64,000 nt of DNA, from positions 45,570,001 to 45,634,000 of the forward strand of contig NC_043000.1 in assembly GCF_006345805.1 (NCBI RefSeq), given 5' to 3'. Made by a program: the position numbers and the translations under genes. This stretch comes from Octopus sinensis. Taxonomy: Eukaryota. Positions within the stretch are counted from its first letter, which is position 1. Each line of letters starts with the position of its first letter. This document shows, one piece after another, positions 37,919 to 51,252 of the stretch. The notes beneath the pieces are model-generated. The model was not told the origin of the DNA. It ran no database searches and saw nothing but the letters and a program-made list of their open reading frames with translations.

Positions 37919-39285
37919 GGTATTTTTATTTAAATTGTCTGACGATGTGTTTGCATATGGTGCCAGCTCTAGAAGGTGAATTCAGTGTGATGCCCTTTGC
38001 TGCAGAATACTGAAGCATACGTAACAGATGCAATAAAGGAGTACCAAGTCAAAGCTCATGTTCTTTTCTCTTATTAATGCTGTGCTCTTTGTATTATATC
38101 ACAGAGTGCCCTTGATACTGCAAGACATCTATCTCTATAACTCTATTATACTTTAACCTCCCAAATGGCACTAAGCCACCTCTCTCAGTACTACTCCCTC
38201 TCCTTTATCAGAGGTCCCTGTCTTGTAATTATACATGGTGCCATGTATAATAAAAAGCACCCAGTACACTCTGTAGAGTAGTTGGCGTTAAGAAGAGCAT
38301 CCAGTCATAGAAAAACTGCCAAAGTAGACAATAGATCTTTGTAGTTTTCTGGTTTGGCAGCTCCTGTCAGACCGTCCAGCACAATAAATAGATGTTAAAT
38401 GATGATGATAAGGATGAGGATGATGATGATGATGCACACACATGCACGCACACACACACACACACACACAGAGGCATATATATAGATATAAATATACAAA
38501 TACAAAAAAGTACATAGCTGTATACATCTACATACACACTCAGGGAGAAAGAAAATTAAATTTTTCCATGCAAGTAGTAGTGCAAAAAAAGGACAAAATT
38601 GAATTGCACACACACACACACACACACACAGTTACATATACACATTTATACATATATACTTACATATACACACATTTGAATACATCGACATGCATGTGCC
38701 CACACATGTGTGTATATATATATATATATGGTATTTTTATTTAAATTGTCTGACGATGTGTTTGCATATGGTGCCAGCTCTAGAAGGTGAATTCAGTGTG
38801 ATGCCCTTTGCTGCAGAATACTGAAGCATACGTAACAGATGCAATAAAGGAGTACCAAGTCAAAGCTCATGTTCTTTTCTCTTATTAATGCTGTGCTCTT
38901 TGTATTATATCACAGAGTGCCCTTGATACTGCAAGACATCTATCTCTATAACTCTATTATACTTTAACCTCCCAAATGGCACTAAGCCACCTCTCTCAGT
39001 ACTACTCCCTCTCCTTTATCAGAGGTCCCTGTCTTGTAATTATACATGGTGCCATGTATAATAAAAAGCACCCAGTACACTCTGTAGAGTAGTTGGCGTT
39101 AAGAAGAGCATCCAGTCATAGAAAAACTGCCAAAGTAGACAATAGATCTTTGTAGTTTTCTGGTTTGGCAGCTCCTGTCAGACCGTCCAGCACAATAAAT
39201 AGATGTTAAATGATGATGATAAGGATGAGGATGATGATGATGATGATAAGGATGAGGATGATGATGATGATGATGCACACACATG

Positions 39286-39317
<32 letters not shown>

Positions 39318-39570
39318 GGCATATATATAGATATAAATATACAAATACAAAAAAGTACATAGCTGTATACATCTACATACACACTCAGGGAGAAAGAAAA
39401 TTAAATTTTTCCATGCAAGTAGTAGTGCAAAAAAAAGGACAAAATTGAATTGCACACACACACACACACACACACAGATACATATACACATTTATACATA
39501 TATACTTACATATACACACATTTGAATACATCGACATGCATGTGCCCACACATGTGTGTATATATATATA
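37919..39570. repeat. Tandem duplication, ~810-845-bp unit (37919-38729 / 38730-39570), each unit with a family-3 SINE tail
   Basis: Offset is 811 at the start and 846 at the end. The difference is an extra GAT/GAG block and (CA)n length. Bounded by (TA)n. Confidence 0.95.
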
Positions 39571-40058
39571 TGTTGTTTTAGACATGTTATCTGTTGCTCC
39601 ACCTATCCATCAATACATAAGATGAAAAGGAAATTTGCTTGTGTTGAGGGTTAGTGGAAGTGGTGATCAGGAACTCCCCAAGAAAATGAAACCAGAAAAA
39701 ATTAAAAGAGACATTGTGTTATGATGAAAGAAAACAAAAGAGTACAGAGAAATAGTTTTACATTTGGTAATTAAATCCAATTAGGAGAACTGCACTGATT
39801 GGAATGATTAGACAGAAAGACATGCAAATTAAAGGGATGTTCTCTTTGCAAGTAATACTACTTTGACACTACTCGGTATATTGTCAATATGTTTCTTTTT
39901 AGTTTTATTTTAATTCACTTTATAGTTTGAGACTACTTTTTCTTACTTTGGGGCGAGAAGGTGTTAGTTTATATATTTATTTATTTCCAAATTACAAAAC
40001 TCTCATTCACTTCAAAAGCATAAAAGAATCAGTTTTTTGAATACTTGTCAGTGTGTGA

Positions 40059-40108
<50 letters not shown>

Positions 40109-43100
40109 GTGCTGTTGTGTATGTGCATGCATGCATGTGTGTTTGTGTGCATGTAGCAAACGTCTTGTATAATCTGGTAGGATTCTGCAGGATATGTTTG
40201 TTTTAGTAGGATTAAGTTTGTTAAGAATAATAGGTTTAACTTTACAAGTGCTTTATGATATAGAAACAAAAATGTACATAGAGGTTATTATAACTACACA
40301 CCCAAAATGTGTGTAATATTTCTTGCTTAAAATTTAAAATATGGTAAGACAGAACTCATATTAGTTGAAAACTAATAATATTTTTCTTTGGCATGTATGT
40401 GAGGTTACAAGAGATGTACCATTCTTGCTAGGAACTTTTTGAAGAATTAACTATCAAAATACTAAGTAAACCTAAATAAATCTGAATTTTGATAATGAAG
40501 GGAAAGAGAATTATTGAGAAATGAAAACATTCTGAAACGTCATTCATCTGAGACCTATCTAGACATGTTTTATTCTTGTTAGTGCTTCTCAGCAGAAGTG
40601 CAGACTTAATGTAATTTGTATAAGTAGTAGCAATCGAACCACTTAGTAAATATACAGAAATGTATATTTGTTGAAGCAGTGAAAGTGAATTAATGAGAAA
40701 TTAAATTATTCTGATATATTTGTAATTTTGTTATATGGTTAGAAGTATTTATGAGCATCTAGGGAATGATATTCAATATGTTGGAAGATAGTTTTACAAT
40801 CATTAAGCACATTAATTGTGTTTTGATTTGCCTATATACTATCTTATTTACTTAATAGAATCATGTGATAATGATTAAAATTTTTCAGACTATTAACCTT
40901 TTCTTTCACACTCTTTGTTTGTGTGTTTAACATTAATACTGAACAGACAGAAAGTGGTTTTCTATAGGTCACCATCTACCATAATCTTACATATATATAC
41001 TTCCCTAGACTTAATTTGAACAAGCAACTTACATATTTAAGCTGTATTCAAATTGCCAAATATCATGTAGTAGCATCAAATGCCTGCATTAGAAATTAAA
41101 TGACTGATATCAGACTAAATATGCATAAATATTTCTATATTGTTAAATCATCTACATTTTTCCATGATACCTATACATACAAAAAAATATGCCACCTTTA
41201 TGCATTTATCTACACTCATATAATGTAAGTATAAAAACCACACTAGAGATATAGTTTCCTTCATCCAAATCTTCTCAATAACCTAGACTGAAATTTCTTA
41301 AGAGAAAGCTAGTAACACATTTACTGACCTATGCTGTGTGACCAACTGTAATTGATAATAAACGTTCCTTTGTGAACCCTAAAATACCACAAAAACCAAC
41401 ATGAGATGAAAAGAATCTTGTGATTTGTGTATGACACTTCTGTTTACACCTTTATTGATTGAAGCCTAAACAATTAAAAATTTTCCCTTTCAAACGAAAA
41501 GCATCTTTGATCGTAATTTTGTAGCAATCCACACCTTAAGAACATATATTTTCCTCTCATCCTATTTTATTCCCCACTTTCTATGCACCTACTCACCCTG
41601 TCTGGCTATACCACAATTAATTATCATTTACTTGTTCAATGTACAAAAAAAGCAACTACTTTCCAAATAATATATAAGGCCCCACCCCAAAAATCAAAGT
41701 AAATCACCATCTGATATGAAAGTTTGCAATCCAAAATTCCCAAATCACTGTCAAACATTTACTTGTAAAAACCAGCACATGAATAAATAAATAGATAAAT
41801 AAATATAAATAAATAACTATATGTTTACACATGAGACCATTAGCTAAATTAGGAAAATATTGTCATGAGACCATTAACTTCACAAGGAAACTACTGTCAG
41901 AACAGTATTTGTTGTGACTGAAGAGATCCACTTGGAAATAGTAGTCCCAACCATGGAATCTACACTTGATGATATTGTGCTACTCTTGTCTTGTTGCTGC
42001 ATTACCACCTGCAATTAACAGCATTTTCTCTTGTCTTTCCAAACCCTTATCTAGATCCCACCCCCAGAGCACATGGCCATCTACAATGTTCTCGCACTTT
42101 TCCATGTTCATGTAGAGGGTTCATGTCATTATCCAAAGATCCTTAAAATAAAAATGAGGTCATCACCGTGTTCACTTGCCAGAAACCTCTTTACCATATA
42201 GTAGGTCTTTTGGAATCCTTCTGTCTGTCATGTGGTGTACATGGTTCAACAAATAGAGGCATTGTAATTGCAATACGATGAGAAAACTTTGATATCTTTG
42301 CATGAACTAGCACCTACATGTATGCATACATATATATGTATGTACCTATGTCTGTATGTATGAGTGTATGTATGTATGTATGTATGTATGCATGCATGTA
42401 TGTATGTATACATGCATATATGTATGTATGTATGTATGTATGTACATATGTATGTATGTGCAGGATAGATAGGAACAGAATATTGGTGTAATGAAAATTT
42501 AGAGTAAAATACAAAAACACAACAGAATTAATAACCCAGAAAATTTAATTTCATTTGTAAATTATCTTCTTTTATAAATATCATTTATGTAAAGTGAATT
42601 TAGTAGCATTCTATTTTAATCTAGAAATTATTTTGATGAAATTTTGGTAGATTTAAAAAAAAATTTCTGTAACCAATTTATAATTCACTAGTTTACTTAT
42701 ACACATATTATAAGTTTAATAGTATACTATTTATTAAGGAAGCTTCTTTTGGCATTAATATTGTTTGTATGTAAAGAGTTTTACAGTAAATATAAATGGT
42801 TTTCTTACATGATTTTTTCCTTCTAAACAAAAGACTGTTCATTATGAGAAATTTTAATAATATTAATCATAAAATAATCCATTTATGTTTTCACCAACTT
42901 TTAATGCTACAGCAGTGAAAGAAAATATTTTCTATTTCATACATTTAAAATATTTTAAATAAATTCAATATTATTTAAGAAGATAAAACAGTGTATGACA
43001 TATTTATAGCCATACAAGTTTAGAAAGTTGTGCTAGCTTTGCTAATGTGACTTCTAAATCATATCGTTGCTGTCATGACATACTAGTTCAGCAAATAAAT

Positions 43101-45257
43101 CAGATTGTGTTGAAGTAAACTATTTCTTATAAGACAATTCAACTAAGTAGTGATATAGTAAATGAAATACAAAGGAGAAAAAATTGTAAATAAATTGAAA
43201 TTTGCATCTTAGTTAGAGAAGGAAAAATAATAAAATCCTGATGGTAATGGCTGCAATTTCAATCTTGTTGAATTTTTTTAGTATGAAATAACCAATGAAG
43301 TTGGTGTGGTGTCAACTTACTACATAATGGTATTTACTTTATGGAAGGAGGTGGAGATAAAGAAGAAGAAGAAGAAGAAGAAGAAGAGAGCATATAATGA
43401 AAGGATTTTGTGAGGAGGAAGTCCTTATTGTTTATAGAACATTTGTTGTGTAGTAAGAGAGTGGAGAGGAAAAAAGAGAGAGAGAGAAAGAAAGAAAGAG
43501 AGAAAGAGAGAGAGAGAAAGAGAATTAAACTTAATTTGAAATTTACGTATAGAATTTTTCAAAGAAAGGAAGAGGATAATTTCAAGAAATTAAAACCATC
43601 TTTGTTAAAAATGCTATTTTGGTCCCAAGGGAAAAATGTTCATCTTTATTAGCAGATAATCTGACAGCTATGGACTGTTTCAGTCTTACAAGATTTCAGC
43701 AGCAATGTATAACATTCTCAAGACTGTTGAACGATTTTAATAAATATTAAATGTAATACCAAGAATTTTGACCAATAATATAGCGTCTTCCCAAAATATT
43801 TGCCTTGAATTATTAAATAGCACATGTGCAATACAATATAGACAAAATTGAAGGGAAAAACACTTTTGAAAGTAAATGTATTCTCAGCTCATCATTTCCT
43901 TTTAATACAAAAAAGAGAGGAAAATTTTAAAATATCTTTTTATGGAAATGGAAAACCTTTTTCGAGATTTTAAGATATTTAATGGACTCTAAAAAATGTT
44001 TATGAGTATGTAATTCAAAATAACAAACTTACAACAAATCTACATTTAAATTATGATGTTTCCATGACTACAGGGCCCTACTCGTATACTTCTGTTGTTC
44101 CTAAATCCTCAAAGCCCCCACCTACTTTCATGCCTATCAATGATTACAGCTTTTCTCCTGGGATTATTTCTTATATTTATTACATATCCTAAAATAATAA
44201 AAATAATTTATCTACTCCAATCTGTTCAAAACCATAAGCATGAAATACAAACAATAATCATATCATGTAAGTAGAAATGTAAAAGTTTATGTTATTTAGT
44301 TTCCTGCCAACCCTGATCAAAAGATTTCTGACAAGGCAATTATGTCATTTTTTTTTTTTTTATGATTGGTCTAAAACTACAAACCAAATTTGTATCTTTC
44401 TTTTTGAAGACATTAGAGTTATTTGAAGATAACATGTTTGCTATTTCTAGCAGACTGAACAACCATGTAGAAGTTCCTTCCTCAGTGAATGTAATATTTG
44501 ATAGACTTTATATATATGTCTATCTATCATACTTTATATATATATGTATGTATACGTATATATGTGTGTATTTATGTATGTATGTATGTATGTATGTATG
44601 TATGTTGTATGTATGTATGTATGTGCATATACACATTTATGTTATATATGTCATATATGATATATGTGTGTGTGTGTGTGCATATTTACATAAACATTTA
44701 TGTATATTTGTAACCTATGTAGTAGATATACAAGAAGGTAAATTTAAATATTTCTCCATAGACTGAAAAAAATTACGAACAGCCTCAATTGATTTTTAGA
44801 CATTATTGATCTCTCATCAGAGGTGTCTACATCATTTTGACCTATCCCAGAGAAATACTCAATAAATCTAGTAACTATAGAGAACTGGAGCTATTAATCT
44901 GCATACCATAAGTGTTTAACAGTTACAATGGGATAGAATTCTATCTGCCAAATTCACTTGCAAGGTATTGTTTAACTCTGTGCTACAGTAGAAGATACAT
45001 GCCTAAGATTCTATGCATTGGGACTAAATTTGGGACCATATCACTCAGAAGTAACATTCTCAACCACACAGATATACCTGCATCATTTTGTCAGTTTATT
45101 CATCGTTCACTTTTATTGCAAAAGACCTTTGCTTCTTAGGAATGTATCTAATTTTTATTTTTTATTAATGAAGTGAAAAAAAATGGAATACATCATATAA
45201 ACAGTATGCATATATTTATTTCAATATTCTTATCTTTTTCTTCCATTGTAACTTTAG

Positions 45258-45345
45258 AATCTCTAATACTTGTATATAGCTGCTATATCGATTTCATTGA
45301 ATCTCTTCAGTACAAAATAACCAGTGATTTTGGAGGATCTACTGA
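45258..45345 (+). CDS. Candidate internal coding exon (88 nt, phase 1 to 2), product unidentified
   Basis: Pyrimidine tract ...ttccattgtaactttAG, donor GA|GTATGT. Open as SLILVYSCYIDFIESLQYKITSDFGGST, and phase-compatible with 45931. Confidence 0.4.
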
Positions 45346-45930
45346 GTATGTTACACTATGTTACATTATTTATAGAAGAAGAGAAGAGATGTAAAGGTAT
45401 AAAATGGGACTTTTTCACTAGGACAAAGTCATCATTGTTCATAGTTCGTTTGTTAAATGTGTATGTGGAGAGAGAAGTAAACTGAATTTGAAGTACAGAA
45501 CAATTCTTCATTCTCTACATCCCTATGAAAATAAATATTACAGACATTTGCTTAATTGCAACTGCAGTTACATAGTAGGCTATCTTTTTCAGTAGTGCTG
45601 CTTTAAGAAGATATTTAGTTCTAGTCATTTTCAGTGACATGTTTGTATACAATCTCCTATACACAGTGATTTATGGGCAGTGATTTATTAGTCACGTTTG
45701 TGCTTGTCCTGCCTTATACACAATTGTTCACTTAGAATCTTTTGTAACATTGTAAGCTGTTTGTTCATATCTATTGCAAAGAAGAAAAGCTAGGAGCACA
45801 TTTTATTTTCATATAAATGTAAACAAAGTGAAAAGGATCAAATAGATAAAATATTGATGCATTCATTTAATTCAATTTTCTTTTATTTTTCTTTCGTTTC
45901 TACTATATTCTCCTTCATATTTGTATATAG

Positions 45931-45994
45931 CTCCTGTTCCGATCAGGTTGAATTCCTTTGGTATGCACTAACCAAAGATCTTGGAGTCTGCTAA
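45931..45994 (+). CDS. Candidate terminal coding exon (or 30-nt internal exon if the donor at 45961 is used)
   Basis: Long pyrimidine tract 45875-45930 ending tatAG. Splicing from 45345 forms GA|C (Asp) and reads DSCSDQVEFLWYALTKDLGVC*. Confidence 0.4.
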
Positions 45995-46084
45995 TTTCAT
46001 TACACTATATAACTTTATTTAGTTTACAATAGGAGAAAGGAGATAGAAAAAGTAATATCTATTCAAATATATATACGTATGTGC

Positions 46085-46103
46085 ATTACACAATATCTCT
46101 CTG

Positions 46104-46169
<66 letters not shown>

Positions 46170-46264
46170 TATGATATGATATGATATATATATATATATA
46201 TATATAATATACATATATATATATATAATATATATATATATATACACACATATATATGATATGA

Positions 46265-46296
<32 letters not shown>

Positions 46297-46302
46297 CATA
46301 TA

Positions 46303-46387
<85 letters not shown>

Positions 46388-46395
46388 CATATATA

Positions 46396-46444
<49 letters not shown>

Positions 46445-46470
46445 GTATCTATCTATGTATATATGTATAT
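46085..46470. repeat. Long compound (TA)n/(TATG)n microsatellite
   Basis: Seen directly. Similar arrays at 34575-34740, 35834-35960 (GT), 37165-37350, 42315-42460 and 59645-59740. Confidence 0.95.
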
Positions 46471-46479
46471 GTACATATA

Positions 46480-46672
46480 TGAGAGGGTGCTGAAAGGTTC
46501 CTGGCTTTGGGTAAAAGAAAACACAGGAGGATCAGTTAGTTTCCCAGATTCACACACTTACTGCAGTAGTCCTTCAGTTTTTCTAAGCCCTGTAAAGGAA
46601 CTCAGAAGGTTGGGCCTCCAGCCAGGCCTTTTGCAATACCTTTAAAGCAAGGAAGTTTTCAGTAGCCCCTTG
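46480..46672. mobile_element. Mariner-type MITE (~190 bp), TA-flanked
   Basis: TIR-like gagagggtgctgaaaggttcctggcttt / taaagcaaggaagttttcagtagcccct. A second copy lies at ~57671-57880. Confidence 0.75.
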
Positions 46673-46734
46673 TACACACACCTATATATATATATATATG
46701 CATGTTGTATATTATCTATCTATCTGTCTACCTT

Positions 46735-47060
46735 CATGACCATTATCATTGTTTAATGTCCATCTTCCATGCATGCAAGGGTAGGGCTGTTGACAGGAGC
46801 TAGCCAAGTAGAATACTACCTCAGGCTAATGTGTCTGTTTTGGCAGGGTTTTACAAATGGGCACCCTTTTTAACACCAATCATTCTGTAGAGTGGACTCA
46901 AGTGCTTTTTAAATGGCACTAGCACAGGTGAGGTAAGTTTTGGCATGATTTTTACAGATGGATGCCCTTCCAAATTCCAATCACTTTACAGTGTACACTG
47001 GATGCTTTTTACGTGGGACCAGCACTGGCAGGGTCACCAAGTAACTTGCAAGACAAGGAA
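46735..47060 (-). mobile_element. SINE family 3 copy (diverged, internally repeated)
   Basis: tcattgtttaatgtcc...ccatgcatgc tail, and two gatgcccttcc/acactc...gtgcttttta segments. Confidence 0.65.
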
Positions 47061-47259
47061 TTTTGAGAGGAGCAGGGGTATTTGAGGAGGGAACTTGTAT
47101 CAGAAGATAAAAGGCTAGAATGGGATCAAGAGACAAAGAAGCAGAAACAGATGTCTTGTTATAACTGAGAGGTCACTGGAGGAGGAGATCTGGTGTCAGA
47201 TGAGGAAAAGTTAGAGCATGCCAGAGAATAGAGAGGCAAAAACAGATGCCTTGCTATAT

Positions 47260-47799
47260 AAGGCGGCGAGCTGGCAGAAATGTCAGCATGCCGAACGAAA
47301 TGCTTAGCAGTATTTTGCCAGCTGTGATCTGAGTTCAAATTCCGCCGAGGTCAACTTTGTCTTTCATCCTTTCGGGGTCGATAAATTAAGTACCAGTTAC
47401 GATCTGAAAAATTGTTTGTCCCCTCTGTGTTTAGCCCCTTGTGGGTAATAAAGAAATAGGTATTTCGTCTGCCGTTACATTCTGAGTTCAAATTCTGCCG
47501 AGGTCAACTTTGTCTTTCATCCTTTCAGGGGTCGATAAATTAAGTACCAGTTACGATCTGAAAAATTGTTTGTCCCCTCTGTGTTTAGCCCCTTGTGGGT
47601 AATAAAGAAATAGGTTTTTCGTCTGCTGTTACATTCTGAGTTCAAATTCCGCTGAGGTCAACTTTGTCTTTCATCCTTTCAGGGGTCGATAAATTAAGTA
47701 CTAGTTACTCAATGGGGTCGATGTAATCAAATTAATCCATTTGTCTGTCCTTGTTTGTCCCCTCTATGTTTAGCCCCTTGTGGGCAATAAAGAAATAAG
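47260..47799 (+). mobile_element. Three-unit head-to-tail concatemer of SINE family 1
   Basis: Unit 1 at 47260-47460 (with head), unit 2 at 47461-47614, unit 3 at 47615-47798. Junctions read gaaatagg|t(a/t)tttcgtctg. Confidence 0.9.
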
Positions 47800-48515
47800 A
47801 AACAGGTGCCTTACTATAGAGGAGGTATATGGTTACCCAGCCAGAGAGAGAGGGGAACGAGAGGAAAGAGAGGAAGGGAAAGAGAGAGAGAGGGGAGAGA
47901 GACGTTCAAGAAAGAGGACAGAAACAGGTGTGCTGATGTAAAGGATGTAAAGGAGATACTTGGTCACCTAATGAAAGGGAATAGCAAGAGAATGAGAAAG
48001 TGATCAAGAATGAGGACAGACACAGCTGTGCTGCTGTAGAGGAGATGTATAGCTACCCAGCCAGAAGGAAGAGCAAGGGAAAGAGAGACAGTGTGGGAAA
48101 CAGCAAAAGTGCAAGAAAAAGCAGTAGAGAGATAGTGAAATGCCAGGGTATACTCACAAGTAACAAAGATCAGAGCATAGATGGGATGTTAAAACAAAGA
48201 AGAGAGAGGTACGAAGGTCATAATATACATGGTCAGGTTTTGCCAAGAAGGTACAAGTTGGGGATGGGATTGCAGTAACTGGCAAAAATCTGGGTATAAA
48301 AATGGGGTGGGGGAAAGCAGTGATACAGTGAGCAGAGGAGTGAGGAAGAGGAAGGGGAGTGAGAGACAATCATAGTTTATGAAGAGGAAATGAGAGGAAG
48401 AGAAAAAGGCAGTTTAGAAAAGCTGTAGTTTGGTTTCTTGGGAAGGGGAGCGGAATATGTTGAATGTGTGTATATATACACACACACACACACATATATA
48501 TACACATATATATAT

Positions 48516-48584
<69 letters not shown>

Positions 48585-48787
48585 TATATATTTGTAAAAA
48601 AGAAGTTTGAAAACGCCACTATATTAGATAAATTTTAATTTTCTTATGAATTTTACATGTTTCGGTTCTTGAAAAAATGAACCTTATCAAAAATATTATA
48701 AAAAGTAAAGTTTAATAGAAAAATTCATAATTGTTTCTTACTGGTCTCAATAGAATCCATGTGGTGGTGTATACATATATATATATA

Positions 48788-49179
48788 TTACTCTTCTACT
48801 CTTTTACTTGTTTCAGTCATTTGACTGCGGCGATGCTGGAGCACCGCCTTTAGTCGAGTAAATCGACCCCTGGACTTATTCTTTGTAAGCCTAGTGCTTT
48901 TGCTGAGTCACTAAGTTACAGGGACATAAACACACCAGCATCGGTTGTCAAGCGATGTTGGGGGGACAAACACAGACACACAAATACACACACACACACA
49001 TATATATATACATATATATGATGGGCTTCTTTCAGTTTCCGTCTACCAAATCCACTCAGAAGGCTTTGATCGGCCCGAGGCTATAGTAGAAAACACTTGC
49101 CCAAGGTGCTATGCAGTGGGACTGAACCCAGAACCATGTGGTTGGTAAACAAGCTACTTACCACACAGCAACTCCTGCA

Positions 49180-49181
<2 letters not shown>
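48788..49181 (-). mobile_element. SINE family 2 copy, full length
   Basis: Collinear, low-divergence match. An opposite-orientation 5' half lies at 49683-49850. Confidence 0.92.
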
Positions 49182-49228
<47 letters not shown>

Positions 49229-49847
49229 GTTTATATATGTATGTGTGTGTGTGTTGCATTTTGTTGCATATGGCCACATACAGAATTCATTGTCTCTAAT
49301 TAAACATTTTTGTCACAGTTCTTCCTAATCTGCTAACATTAGCTTTGGTGCCTTACTTAATTTGAGGTAAGCTATCATTATTTAATTCTCTGACAATATA
49401 TTAAAAAAAAAAAGAAAAACTAAATTATATATGCATGATTGATAACAAAATGATCTGAAAAATCGTTTGATGCAAGGAGCAAACCATTGCACCAAGGTAC
49501 ATTATCACGTTTATTGTGGTAGATTTTGTGCTTTAATCTCATTGGTGTCAACATGCAGGCATAGAAATCAACATTATCATCATCGTCGTCATCATCATTA
49601 TCATCATCATCATCATCATCGTCGTCGTCGTCATTTAATGTCTGTTAGTTCACATTCCCTTTCAAATTGATAAGATTCAGTGTGAGAATGGTGACTGCAT
49701 GGTAAGAAGTTTGTTTCCCAACCACCTATGGTTTCAGGTTCAGTCCCACAGCATGGCACCCTGAGCAACTATCTTCTACTATAACCTTAGGCTGACGAAA
49801 GCCTTGTGAATGGATTTTGCTGTGAGAAACTGTAAGGAGCCCGTTGT

Positions 49848-49884
<37 letters not shown>

Positions 49885-49982
49885 ACAAATGAAAGACAGA
49901 AGATGGAATGTATGAGAATTTATTATTAATAACGACAATTGTTTCAACACATTTAACATTGATTCTTCTTGGGTGGGACACA

Positions 49983-50635
49983 TAGTTCCAGGTTCAATGG
50001 CACCTTGGGCAAGTGTTTTCTACTATAGCCTTGGGCCGACCAAAGCCTTGTGAGTGGATTTGGTAGTAAGCTTTTTATTTGCAACACATTTTCTGTTGTA
50101 GTTTTCGCAACTTGCAATCGATTTTCACCAAACTCATGGTGAAGCTTAATGTTACCCTAAAAAACTTAATTCTGACGTTAGTTTTCTATGTAATACCTTA
50201 CCATCAGAAAAAATCGATAAAATCATGCCATTTTGGGAAATCGCGTTCAAATTCAAGATGACATATTTTCGACAATATCTTTCACAAATTGGCAGGAATT
50301 TTTTTAAAATTCACAACGAGCATCATGTCTGCTCCAGGGGCTCTTACATACCCGGGCAATGCCGGGCTATGCTGCTAGTATATGTATATATGTGTGTGTG
50401 TATGTGTGTATGTATGTATATGTTTGTGTGTCTGTGTTTGTCCCCCCCAACATCACTTGACAACCAATGCTGGTGTGTTTATGTCCCTGTCACTTAGCAG
50501 TTCAGCAAGAGAGATCGATAGAATAAGTACTTGGCTTACAAAGCATAAGTCCTGGGGTCGATTTGCTCGACTAAAGGCGGTGCTCTGGCATGGCCACAGT
50601 CAAATGACTGAAACAAATAAAAGAATAAAAAAAAG
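49983..50635 (+). mobile_element. SINE family 2 copy split by a Helitron fragment
   Basis: 5' part 49983-50066 (ggcaccttgggcaagtg...ggatttggtag). 3' part 50379-50635 resumes at the (TA)/(TG) centre and runs to gactgaaacaaataaaaga. Confidence 0.8.
50067..50378 (+). mobile_element. 5'-truncated Helitron-type fragment
   Basis: 3' GC hairpin CCCGG-gcaatg-CCGGG (50351-50366), 8-nt spacer, CTAG (50375-50378), then T. Confidence 0.7.
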
Positions 50636-51252
50636 AATCGTAAACAGTGGCTTGGTAAAAGAGAAAAAGCTCAACTACAACCGAGAAGGGAACTTCATGG
50701 GAAAAAGGTTCTTTTCTCTATCTGGTGGGATTGCAAAGGAGTAATTCACTTTCAATTGTTACCACCTAATGCAACAACCAATGCTCAAGTCTACTGTCAG
50801 CAATTAGAATGTTTGAACCAAGCTTTGAAGAAAACAAGTCCCGCTTTAGTGAATCAAAAAGGAGTGATGCTTCATCAGGACAATGCGTGACCCAACACTG
50901 CAAAGATCACATTACAGAAGATTGAAGAGCTTGGTTGGGAAAAAATTCCTCATCCACCTTATTCTCCCGACCTTGCTCCTTCAGACTACCATTTGTTTCG
51001 TAGTTTACAAAATCATTTGGGGGACATAACTTTCACAAGCCAGGAGGAGGTTGAAACTGACATTTCAGAGTTCTTCGCTTTGAAACCAAAAGAGTTTTAC
51101 ATTGATGGGATTAAAAAGCTTGTAAATAGATGGAAGGAAGTCATAGATAATCAGGGAAAGTACATTGATGATTAAATTTCAATTAAATATAACATTTGAT
51201 CACTAGTTTTCTTTATTCAAAATTCGGACAGAACTTATGGGATGACCTGACA
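50636..51252 (+). mobile_element. 3' half of a mariner transposon (DD34D), well preserved
   Basis: One frame 50636-51175 with a single internal TGA (50888-50890): RKQWL..KKVLFSIWWDCKGVIHFQLL...LHQDNA*P...HPPYSPDLAPSDYHLFRSLQN...RWKEVIDNQGKYIDD*. There are 34 residues between the second and third Asp. 3' TIR ggacagaacttatgggatgacctg. Confidence 0.95.

Noticed and set aside
41329-41378. Minus-strand 50-nt exon-like segment with good splice signals
   Set aside because: In the phase needed after the 55.7-kb exon it ends in a stop at the donor. It would also be antisense to the plus-strand candidate, and there is no independent support.
43655-43705. Hammerhead-like motif on minus (cugCuga...ucu-ugua-aga...GAAAC-ag...cuGUC)
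   Set aside because: The core has C at the invariant A6 position and stem I does not pair. At best a decayed remnant.
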